54,702 nt of DNA. It comes from Steroidobacteraceae bacterium (GTDB lineage: Bacteria; Pseudomonadota; Gammaproteobacteria; Steroidobacterales; Steroidobacteraceae). The notes under the pieces are model-generated. The model was not told the DNA's origin, made no database searches, and saw only the letters and a list, made by a program, of their open reading frames with translations. Each line of letters opens with the position of its first letter. Within the stretch, counting starts at the first letter, position 1. Both the position numbers and the translations under genes were made by a program. Below, one piece after another: positions 38,390 to 46,297 of the stretch. The stretch lies in contig JBBEAB010000064.1 in NCBI GenBank assembly GCA_040899645.1, positions 14,164 through 68,865 on the forward strand, written 5' to 3'.

Positions 38390-40690
38390 TCAGTCTGCCA
38401 GCCGCTGCCACCAGGCGCGCACGCGGTCGCGGAAGCGGCCGAAGTCGGGCGTCCAGCAGCCAAACGCATGATCGAGCGGCGTGCCACGCGGCACGACGAC
38501 CGGGATCACGACCTCGGCGCAGCCGGGTTCGGCGATCAGCCCGGTTTCGTAGTCCACCCACACTTCTTCGAGCGAGTCGGGCATCGGCGCCGACCATGAT
38601 TGCGTGCCGATGCGGCCCATCAGCCTGGACCAGACGGGCAGCGCGGCCAGCGATCCGGTGAGGCCGGTCGGCGCATTGTCGTCATGGCCGATCCAGACGA
38701 CGATCAGGTGGCTGCCCGAGAATCCGGCGAACCAGCTGTCGCGCAGGTCCGACGAGGTGCCGGTCTTGCCGGCGGTCACGAGGCCCGCGGGCAGCAGCGC
38801 GGCTGCCGCGCTGCCCGTGCCGTGCGACATCACCTGCGTCAGCATGCGGTTGAGCTGGTAAACCGCATCGGGATCCGCGGCCCGACGCGGCTCGCGCGGC
38901 TTGTGCGGCAGCGTCCGACCGTCGTGTGTCACGACCGCCTGCACCGCATACAGGGGCCGATGAACGCCGCCATTCGCAATCGCGTTGTACAACTGGGCAA
39001 CCTCGATCGGAGTCAGGTCCGCGGCACCGAGCAACAATGCCGGTACCCGCGACGGTTCGCGATCGAGTCCCAGGTCGGTGAATTTCCGCGCTACCGGCTC
39101 GAGGCCCAGTTCGAGGCCGAGCTGGACGGTCGCCAGATTCCGCGAATCGGCGAGCGCGCGCACCAGCGGCATCGGGCCCTGCGACTCGTGATCGAAATTC
39201 CGCGGGCGCCAGTCCTTGCCGGACGCCAGCCGCACGACCACCGGTTCGTCGTAGACCTGGCTCGCCGCGTGGTACTGACTGGACTCGAGCGCCGCAAGAT
39301 AGACGATCGGCTTGACCAACGAGCCGATCGGCCGCTTCGCGTCGAGCGCGCGGTTGAAGCCGGCAAGCTGCGACTCCCGACCGCCGACGATGGCGACGAC
39401 CTCACCGGTGGCAGGCTCCGTGACGACGAGCGCGGCCTCCAGGCGGCTCTTGTTCGATGCGCCACGACGGTCGAGTCGCTTGAGTTCCTCGGCCACCGTG
39501 CGTTCGGCCAACACTTGCACGCGCGGATCGAGGTTGGTGAAGACCTGCAATCCCGGCTCGTCGAGCACTCCGTCGCCGTAGTCGCGTCGAAGTTGCCGTC
39601 GCACATAGTCGAGATAAGCGGGGTAGTAGCCGCCCGCATCACGAGGCACGACCGAGAGCGGCCGCTTCGACGCGGCGGTTGCTTCCGCTTCCGGCACGAC
39701 CCGGAACTCCGCGAGCCGGGCGAGCACAAAATTGCGCCGCGCGGTCGCGCGCTCGGGATTGGCGCGCGGATTGTAGTAAGACGGGCCGCGAACCATGCCG
39801 ACGAGCAGCGCAATGTCGGCGAGGCCCAGCTCGTCGATCGGCTTGCCGAAATAGAAGCGGCTCGCGAGCCCGAATCCATGGATCGCGCGTTCGCCGTCCT
39901 GGCCCAGGTAGATCTCATTGATGTAGGCGTTCATGAGGTCCGCCTTCCCATAGCGGGCCTCGAGCCGCATCGCCATGATCGCTTCCTGCGCCTTGCGCCG
40001 GAGCGAGCGGCTCTCGTCGAGGAAGTAACTCTTGACCAGCTGCTGGGTCAGCGTACTGCCGCCTTGCTCGACGCGCCCGGCGCGCAGGTTGGCCCAGGCG
40101 GCACGGGCGATCGCCTTGAAGTCGACGCCGCCATGCGTGTCGAAGTTGCGGTCCTCGATCACCTTGAGCGCCGCGGGCAGCAAGGCCGGCACGTCGTCGG
40201 GCGCGACCACGATGCGGTCCTCGCCATGCACCGGAAACAGGCTGCCGATCAGGAGCGGTTCGAAGTGCGCCCTTTCAAGCGCGCTGCCGTCCGCGTCCTG
40301 CACCGCTGCGATCGCCTTTGATCCCGCGACCACACGTAATGGCAAGGGCTCGCGCACCTGGCCGGCAAAGCGCGCCTTGCGCAGCCGGATGTCGAACCGG
40401 TCCGCGCGCCGGCGGTAAGTGCCGGGCTTCGCGTCGCGACTGGCGCGGTAGCCGAGCCGCTTCAGTTCGAGTTCAAGCGCCTCCGCTGGCAGCGGCAGGC
40501 CGGCACGCAACTCGAGCGGGCGCGCATACACCTGCGTCGGCACCGTCCAGCGCCGGCCGTCGAACTGGCTCTTGATCACGTTGTCGAGCCAAAACACGTA
40601 GATCGCGCCGGCCATGAGCATCACGACCAACGTGCCAAGCAGGAGCCTGCGCCTGTGCTTGCGGTTGCTCAGCCACGTTCGCATTGCCAT
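38390..40690 (-). CDS. mrcB: penicillin-binding protein 1B (bifunctional glycosyltransferase/transpeptidase)
   Basis: UB2H-like N-terminus, a GT51 domain (EDRNF, GGSTLTQQLVKSYF, RKAQEAIMA) and a transpeptidase domain (SLVKP, SRN, KTGT). Confidence 0.9.
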   Translation of the reverse strand: MAMRTWLSNRKHRRRLLLGTLVVMLMAGAIYVFWLDNVIKSQFDGRRWTVPTQVYARPLELRAGLPLPAEALELELKRLGYRASRDAKPGTYRRRADRFDIRLRKARFAGQVREPLPLRVVAGSKAIAAVQDADGSALERAHFEPLLIGSLFPVHGEDRIVVAPDDVPALLPAALKVIEDRNFDTHGGVDFKAIARAAWANLRAGRVEQGGSTLTQQLVKSYFLDESRSLRRKAQEAIMAMRLEARYGKADLMNAYINEIYLGQDGERAIHGFGLASRFYFGKPIDELGLADIALLVGMVRGPSYYNPRANPERATARRNFVLARLAEFRVVPEAEATAASKRPLSVVPRDAGGYYPAYLDYVRRQLRRDYGDGVLDEPGLQVFTNLDPRVQVLAERTVAEELKRLDRRGASNKSRLEAALVVTEPATGEVVAIVGGRESQLAGFNRALDAKRPIGSLVKPIVYLAALESSQYHAASQVYDEPVVVRLASGKDWRPRNFDHESQGPMPLVRALADSRNLATVQLGLELGLEPVARKFTDLGLDREPSRVPALLLGAADLTPIEVAQLYNAIANGGVHRPLYAVQAVVTHDGRTLPHKPREPRRAADPDAVYQLNRMLTQVMSHGTGSAAAALLPAGLVTAGKTGTSSDLRDSWFAGFSGSHLIVVWIGHDDNAPTGLTGSLAALPVWSRLMGRIGTQSWSAPMPDSLEEVWVDYETGLIAEPGCAEVVIPVVVPRGTPLDHAFGCWTPDFGRFRDRVRAWWQRLAD

Positions 40691-40721
40691 GAGACGTCCA
40701 TAGGACCGGTTCGTTCTGTCT

Positions 40722-40749
40722 TGACACGATAATGAATCGGCGTATATTG
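40722..40749 (+). promoter_or_regulatory. sigma70-like promoter (TTGACA-16nt-TATATT) in the mrcB / tRNA-Ile intergenic region
   Basis: Perfect -35 hexamer and a near-consensus -10 with 16-nt spacing. A 9-bp GC hairpin at 40932-40965 lies about 185 nt downstream of the predicted start, and tRNA-Ile about 390 nt downstream. Confidence 0.3.
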
Positions 40750-41146
40750 CGCGCCCCTATGCGATACCAAAACCAGAATTTTGCTGCGAAAGCCGCGCAT
40801 CTGACCCTCACGCCCGCGCCGTCGTGCGCGCGTGAAGGCAACGCATTCGCGCGACTGGATCGCAAGACGAGCTGACCCTTCCCGTTCCGGGAGGGCGCTC
40901 GTGGAGCAGCCCACCGGAAGTGACTCGACGAGAGGCCCCGGTTGGCTGCTGCCAATCGGGGCCTCGTCATTTGCGGCCCCATCAAACGGAACATGGATTC
41001 GATGCGACGCTTCGGCGCCGCGTCGTAAGGAGGATTGCGCCCACGAATTCGCGACTGCGGTCCGGGCTCTCGTGCCCGGCTGGCATGCCTTCCCGCCGAC
41101 GGGGTTTGGGATCGCATGTGCCGCGCGAAGGCGTGACGCGAACCGC

Positions 41147-41223
41147 AGCAAGCTAGCTCAGTCGGGTAGAGCAGCGGCCTGATAAGCCGTATGTCGCAGG
41201 TTCGATTCCTGCGCTTGCAGCCA
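41147..41223 (+). tRNA. tRNA-Ile (anticodon GAU)
   Basis: 77-nt cloverleaf: D-stem GCTC/GAGC, anticodon stem GCGGC/GCCGU with loop CUGAUAA, T-arm GCAGG-UUCGAUU-CCUGC, discriminator G and encoded CCA. The only irregularity is an A1:A72 mismatch. Confidence 0.8.
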
Positions 41224-41512
41224 CCTGTTACGTGGCTCCAGTCGATGTCGGAGCGCGGGAGACGAGTCCCGCATCGAGATGCCCCGGCATTCCGGCCGCA
41301 GGAAGCGGCACACACGGCGAGTGTGGGGGAAGGACCTCAAGGAATGCAGCGCTTGCATCGCCCTGCGCGGGTGGGTGCGGCGCCGGAGACAGCTTCCGGC
41401 GTGCGACCCGCCATGCCCGCGAGGCGAGCGTGGCAAGCATCTCGACCCATTGGTGAGGTCCGCGCGATGGGCGCGCGGATCGTGTGCGTGGTTGGACGAT
41501 GGAAGAGGAGGA

Positions 41513-42667
41513 ATGACAATGCTTGGAATCAAGCGTGTGACCATCGCCCAGCACGAGCGCGGCCTGAAGTTCCGCAACCGGAGCTTCGTGGCAATTCTCG
41601 AGCCGGGCGTGTACTGGCGTTTTGATCCGCTCAAGCGGACCGACGTGCAGGTCTTCGACCTCACGGTGCCGGAGTTCGCGCACCCGCGTGTCGACTTCCT
41701 GGTGAAGGAAGACCGACCGACGATGGACCGGTACTTCGAGATCGTCGAACTGTCGGACCGCGAAGCGGGCGTCGTCTACAAGGACGGCCGCATTGCGGGC
41801 GTGCTGCCGCCGGGCAAGCGCCAGCTCTACTGGCGCGGTCCGGCGGAGATTCGGGTCGAGCGCTACGAACTCGAAAGCGAGTTCGAGCTGCCGGCCGCGC
41901 TCGCCAGGGTGCTGGCGCGCGCCACCGGTGCGCTGGCCATGCAGGCTGCGGAAGCGGTCTGTGCGGTCGATGTGCCGGATACGGCGATCGGCATGCTGAT
42001 CGTGGATGGCGAGTTCGTGCGGGTCCTGAAGCCGGGTCTGCACGCGTTCTGGAAGTGCCAGCGCGCGCTGAAGACCGAGCTGATCGACCGGCGCGTCCAG
42101 CCGATGGAAGTCCAGGGCCAGGAGATCCTGACCCGGGACAAGGTGAGCCTGCGGGTGAACCTCACGGCGCTCTGGCAGGTGCTGGACGCAGTGACGGCAC
42201 GCTCGGCGGTCACCAACATCGTCGAAGCCGTCTACAAGGAGCTGCAGTTCGCGCTGCGAGGCGCGGTCGGCGGCCGGACGCTCGATGAACTGCTCGGCGA
42301 CAAGGGCGCACTCGATCGCGAGATCAGCGCAGTGGTTGCCGAGCGGCTCCAGGGCCTGGGCATCGTGGTGAAGTCGGTGGGCGTGAAGGACGTCATTCTG
42401 CCGGGTGAGATGAAGGTCATCCTCAACCAGGTAGTCGAGGCGGAAAAGCGCGCACAGGCGAACCTGATCCACCGGCGCGAGGAAACGGCTGCGACGCGTT
42501 CGCTGCTGAACACCGCGCGGCTGATGGATGAGAACCCGACGCTGCTGCGGCTCAAGGAGCTGGAGACGCTCGAAAAGGTGACCGAGAAGATCGACAAGCT
42601 GACGGTCTTCGGCGGCCTCGAAGGCGTGCTCAAGGACGTCGTGCGCATCAGGGTGCCGGATGCGTGA
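41513..42667 (+). CDS. SPFH (band 7 / stomatin-prohibitin-flotillin-HflKC) domain protein lacking an N-terminal membrane anchor
   Basis: SPFH core with a C-terminal coiled coil (KDVILPGEMKVILNQVVEAEKRAQANLIHRRE...). The ~170-aa N-terminal region is soluble with no hydrophobic segment. aggagg RBS before the ATG. Confidence 0.8.
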   Translation: MTMLGIKRVTIAQHERGLKFRNRSFVAILEPGVYWRFDPLKRTDVQVFDLTVPEFAHPRVDFLVKEDRPTMDRYFEIVELSDREAGVVYKDGRIAGVLPPGKRQLYWRGPAEIRVERYELESEFELPAALARVLARATGALAMQAAEAVCAVDVPDTAIGMLIVDGEFVRVLKPGLHAFWKCQRALKTELIDRRVQPMEVQGQEILTRDKVSLRVNLTALWQVLDAVTARSAVTNIVEAVYKELQFALRGAVGGRTLDELLGDKGALDREISAVVAERLQGLGIVVKSVGVKDVILPGEMKVILNQVVEAEKRAQANLIHRREETAATRSLLNTARLMDENPTLLRLKELETLEKVTEKIDKLTVFGGLEGVLKDVVRIRVPDA

Positions 42668-42689
42668 GTAGATGAGGAAATGGAAAAGT

Positions 42690-42730
42690 CCCGGCGGGTC
42701 AATGGGGACCCGCCGGGTGCGTGGTATTTT
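42690..42730 (+). terminator. stem-loop (11-bp GC stem, 6-nt loop) followed by a TATTTT tract between the SPFH gene and rtcB
   Basis: cccggcgggtc-aatggg-gacccgccggg. A T-rich run starts 8 nt after the stem. It may terminate or attenuate transcription into rtcB. Confidence 0.4.
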
Positions 42731-42741
42731 GGAGCGAGATC

Positions 42742-43965
42742 ATGAGCAAGACAGCCTTTGACGTGATGGAAGTGCCGGGTGGCCGGCCGGTCAAGATGTG
42801 GACGCGTGGCGTGCCGGTCGAGGACGGGGCGCGGGCGCAGCTGGCCAACACCGCGCGCATGCCCTTCGTGTTTCGCCACGTCGCGGCGATGCCCGACGTG
42901 CATCTGGGAATCGGGGCAACGGTGGGTTCGGTCGTCGCAACGCAGTCGGCAATAATTCCGGCTGCGGTCGGAGTCGACATCGGCTGCGGCATGATGGCGG
43001 TACGGACGACGCTCAAGGCGGCACAGCTGCCGGATTCACTGGCGGACCTGCGCGCTCGCGTCGAGCGTGCTGTACCGCACGGCTTCGAGACGATTCGCGG
43101 CTGCAGCGTCAAGGGCGCGTGGGCCAATGCGCCGGATCACGTGATCGCCCGCTGGAAGGCCCTGTCGGAGCGCCTGGAACGCATTCGTTCGCGCCAGCCG
43201 AAGATCGGAGTCAAGAGTCCAGAGGACCAGCTCGGAACTCTGGGCGGGGGCAATCACTTCGTCGAGATCTGTCTGGACGGCGAGCAGTTCGTGTGGGTGA
43301 TGCTGCATTCGGGATCGCGTGGCATCGGCAATCGCATCGGTCAGGTGTACATCGAGCTGGCGCGCGAAGACATGCGCCGGCACTTTATCAACCTGCCCGA
43401 CCGCGACCTGGCATATTTCGTGGAAGGCACCGGGCATTTCGACGATTACATCGAGGCAATGTCCTGGGCGCAGGAATACGCGGCGGAAAACCGCCGCGCA
43501 ATGATGGAAAGCGTCCTGGCCGTCATGCGCGAGGCGTTGCCGCCCTTCGAGGAGGGCACGGTCGCGGTGAACTGTCACCACAACTACGTCGCCCGTGAGA
43601 GCCACTTCGGCCAGGCGGTCTGGCTGACCCGCAAGGGTGCGGTTCGCGCCGGCGCCGGCGAACTGGGCATCATTCCGGGTTCAATGGGTGAGCGCTCCTA
43701 CATCGTGCGCGGCCTGGGCAACGCGGAAAGCTTCGAAAGCTGCAGCCATGGGGCGGGTCGGCGCATGTCGCGCACGGAGGCGCGCCGCCGCTTCACGCTC
43801 GAGGATCACGTCAAGGCGACGGCTGACGTCGAGTGCCGCAAGGATGCGGCCGTCATCGACGAGACGCCGGCTGCCTACAAGGACATTGACGCCGTGATGG
43901 CGGCGCAGCGCGACCTGGTCGAGATCGTGCATACGCTAAAGCAGGTTTTATGCGTCAAGGGTTGA
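42742..43965 (+). CDS. rtcB: RNA-splicing ligase RtcB (3'-phosphate/5'-OH RNA ligase)
   Basis: Full-length 407 aa with RtcB motifs (DVHLGIGATVGSV, GGGNHFVEI, HSGSRGIGN, NCHHNY, SHGAGR). No rtcA or rtcR neighbour. Confidence 0.9.
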   Translation: MSKTAFDVMEVPGGRPVKMWTRGVPVEDGARAQLANTARMPFVFRHVAAMPDVHLGIGATVGSVVATQSAIIPAAVGVDIGCGMMAVRTTLKAAQLPDSLADLRARVERAVPHGFETIRGCSVKGAWANAPDHVIARWKALSERLERIRSRQPKIGVKSPEDQLGTLGGGNHFVEICLDGEQFVWVMLHSGSRGIGNRIGQVYIELAREDMRRHFINLPDRDLAYFVEGTGHFDDYIEAMSWAQEYAAENRRAMMESVLAVMREALPPFEEGTVAVNCHHNYVARESHFGQAVWLTRKGAVRAGAGELGIIPGSMGERSYIVRGLGNAESFESCSHGAGRRMSRTEARRRFTLEDHVKATADVECRKDAAVIDETPAAYKDIDAVMAAQRDLVEIVHTLKQVLCVKG

Positions 43966-44956
43966 TGTTCGGCGGCTGCGGGAGGCATTCGGCACTCCTG
44001 CCGCCGTTGGCGCGCAACATGCCGACGTAGTACTCGGCGAACTCCAGCGCCATCCGGCGCATGCGCTCGTCCTCGCCGAGGAGCGGTGCGACGCCTTCGG
44101 TCCACGCGGATGCGCACTGCGACGCCGCGGTCTCGCCCTCGACGCAGTCCATGAATCCGTTGAAGGCGCGGCGATAGGTGTCGAACGCGGCGCGGTCCAT
44201 CGGCCGGCCGTGGCCGGGAATGGCGGTCCGGAAGGGCACGGCCCACACTTCATCGAGCGCGACGCGCCACTGTGCCGGACACGCGGTCTCGAAGAAAGGC
44301 GCCGGCAGCGTCACCAGGTCGCCGAGCACCGCGATGCCGCTCACGTCGTCATAGAGCCAGACATCCGCGTCGGTCACGGCGCGATCCGTCACGCGCACAT
44401 CGAGCGCGCGGCCGGCGAGCGATAGCCGGCCGCTTTTCCCGACGGCAACGTCAGGGCGGAGAGTCTCGCGCTCGTCCATCGTCGTGATGAAGATCTGCAC
44501 CTCTTCCCGTTGGATCTCGCCGAGCTTCGGGTCGTCCAGCATCGACCGGGTCGACTCCAGGTTGCGCGCGAGGAAGCCTCCTTCGGCGAGCGCGCGGTCG
44601 ACCGCCCGCGTCGTGTAGAGGCGCGCATCGGGATACGCAGCCTTGATGCGGCCGTTGCCGCTCGAATGATCGAGGTGCCAGTGCGTGTTGACGATGGCTG
44701 CAATTGGCCGTTTGCGCGCCGCAGCGAACGCGAGGATGGCGTCGCTGTGCCATTCGTGCCGGCCCGTGTCCACGACGATGAAGCCCTGCGGTGCATCGAA
44801 TACGATCGTGTTGCCGTCGGGACCGCGCCCGGGAAGCATGGCGCCGGGCAGCAGGTGAACGCCCGCTGCAATTTCCTCGAGTGGCGGCGCGATGATCGGT
44901 GCGGTCGTTGAAGCCTGGGCCCATGCCGCGTCGAAAGCGGCGATGACGGTGATCAT
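43955..44956 (-). CDS. MBL-fold metallo-hydrolase
   Basis: HWHLDH metal-binding motif. The start was set at the internal Met (44956). The 3' end overlaps rtcB by 11 nt, convergent. Confidence 0.75.
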   Translation of the reverse strand: MITVIAAFDAAWAQASTTAPIIAPPLEEIAAGVHLLPGAMLPGRGPDGNTIVFDAPQGFIVVDTGRHEWHSDAILAFAAARKRPIAAIVNTHWHLDHSSGNGRIKAAYPDARLYTTRAVDRALAEGGFLARNLESTRSMLDDPKLGEIQREEVQIFITTMDERETLRPDVAVGKSGRLSLAGRALDVRVTDRAVTDADVWLYDDVSGIAVLGDLVTLPAPFFETACPAQWRVALDEVWAVPFRTAIPGHGRPMDRAAFDTYRRAFNGFMDCVEGETAASQCASAWTEGVAPLLGEDERMRRMALEFAEYYVGMLRANGGRSAECLPQPPNINP

Positions 44957-45069
44957 GAATCTTCCCCGGTTGCGGTCGCGCCCGGCATGGGCGACGGATC
45001 GATCGTAGGACCTGTCGAGGCGCCCGCGTTTGCAGCTGCGACGGGACGGTTCGCGCGCGAGCCGACCCG

Positions 45070-45918
45070 CTAGCGCTGCGGCGTGCCGAGCAGCTGCACC
45101 CAGTAGATGCCAGCAGTACTGTCCGGCTCGCGCACGTAGGCGACGCCCATTTCGGAAAAATCCGGATCCATCAGGTTGGTGCAGTGTCCGGCGCTCTTGA
45201 GCCAACCCGCGACGACCAGCTCCGGCGTCGCCTGGCCCGCGGCGATGTTCTCGCCGATCGTGCGCCAGACGTAACCGGCGCGCGTGGCGCGCAGCGCGTG
45301 CGTGCTGCCATCACTGCCGACGTGACTCAGGCGCTTCTGCCGGGCCATGTCGCGCGCGTGCGCGAGCGCGGCGCGTTCCAGCACTTCGGACATGAGGAGC
45401 GGCGGCGCGGCGTCGAATCGCTTCCAGCCGCAACGGCGGCGCTCCGCCCTTGCCTGGTTCACCAGCTCGAGCAGCCGGCGGCTGACTGCTTGCGCCTCGT
45501 CCCGCTGCGGGGGGACGAAGGGCGCGGCGAGGACGATCCAGACCGCGTCGTCCTGCTCCGCGAGGCCGACATCGCGATAAACCGGGTCGGCGATGTCTTC
45601 GCATCCACGCTCTGCCAGCGCACGGATGATCGCCGCATCACTGCCGGAGGCTTCGAGCACCGCGGACTGCACGGCGCGATAACCGGAATCATTCATTGCG
45701 TCGCGCAATTTGCGCCCGGACGCAAGCGCCTGCGCGGCGCGGTTGAGCTGCGGATCCGGGCGCAATGCCGTCGCAACGCCGGAACGACCGTCACAACCCT
45801 GCGCACGAATCGAGTGGATCGCGGACATGAGGTTCTGCACCGCGCCGGCAGGACCCGCCGCCGTCCAGGCGATCAGCGTGAGCAGGGCCGCGCTCGGGGC
45901 ATGCATTCGTGCTCGCAC
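45070..45918 (-). CDS. CAP (SCP/PR-1-like) domain protein, secreted
   Basis: Signal peptide and two CAP-like modules (...GHCTNLMDPDFSEMGVAY...). Confidence 0.6.
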   Translation of the reverse strand: MRARMHAPSAALLTLIAWTAAGPAGAVQNLMSAIHSIRAQGCDGRSGVATALRPDPQLNRAAQALASGRKLRDAMNDSGYRAVQSAVLEASGSDAAIIRALAERGCEDIADPVYRDVGLAEQDDAVWIVLAAPFVPPQRDEAQAVSRRLLELVNQARAERRRCGWKRFDAAPPLLMSEVLERAALAHARDMARQKRLSHVGSDGSTHALRATRAGYVWRTIGENIAAGQATPELVVAGWLKSAGHCTNLMDPDFSEMGVAYVREPDSTAGIYWVQLLGTPQR

Positions 45919-45966
45919 GGTGCCGACATGCTACTCCGTGTAGCTTTTTGCCTGTATCGTGCGGCG

Positions 45967-46158
45967 ATGCCGCAAAAAAAGGACCGGGACAAACGGGTAT
46001 TCACGGGCGTGTACTTCGACCGGCCGCAACACGACGCGTTACGCGCCCTGAGCGACCGGACCCGCGTGCCGCTCGCCGCCTACCTGCGCGAAGCGGTCGA
46101 CATGCTGCTGGTCAAGTACGGCGTGAAGATCCCGAAGCGCAAGGCGGGACCTTCATGA
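45967..46158 (+). CDS. ribbon-helix-helix (CopG/ParD-like) small DNA-binding protein
   Basis: 63 aa with an N-terminal beta-strand and two helices (RVFTGVYFDRPQHDALRALSDRTRVPLAAYLREAVDMLL). It lies immediately before the tRNA-like fragment. Confidence 0.5.
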   Translation: MPQKKDRDKRVFTGVYFDRPQHDALRALSDRTRVPLAAYLREAVDMLLVKYGVKIPKRKAGPS

Positions 46159-46160
46159 AT

Positions 46161-46206
46161 TGGTGGCCAGGGGCGGAATCGAACCAACGACACGCGGATT
46201 TTCAGT
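46161..46206 (-). other. tRNA 3'-end-like fragment (T-loop GGTTCGATTCC, acceptor 3' strand, discriminator, CCA) with no complete cloverleaf; putative att-site remnant or tRNA pseudogene
   Basis: The minus strand reads ...GTCGTTGGTTCGATTCCGCCCCTGGCCACCA. The T-stem and the 5' half cannot be paired, so it is not a functional tRNA. It resembles but does not duplicate the 3' ends of the tRNA-Ile and tRNA-Pro genes in the window. Confidence 0.4.
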
Positions 46207-46297
46207 AGCAGGCACGGCCGCCACTGACGATCCTACGCCGAAGACGCGGCAGAGTTTTCCCCCGGAACAGAACTTCGGGAGGCGTCATGGGGGATGC

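Noticed and set aside
40832-41182. ORFs 40832..41182 and 40920..41156 (+) in the mrcB/tRNA spacer as small proteins.
   Set aside because: They overlap the tRNA-Ile gene, have no RBS and are low-complexity. The region fits a promoter, a structured RNA and a tRNA better.
45930-45949. A small hairpin (GCTAC-tccgt-GTAGC) with a T5 tract as a terminator.
   Set aside because: It has only a 5-bp stem and sits in the divergent promoter region between the CAP and RHH genes rather than at a gene end. More likely chance or a promoter-region structure.
46161-46260. A complete tRNA gene on the minus strand downstream of the repeat lipoprotein.
   Set aside because: Only the T-loop, 3' acceptor strand and CCA are recognisable. 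The T-stem (GTTGG versus CCGCC) and everything 5' of it cannot form a cloverleaf, so it was called a fragment or pseudogene only.
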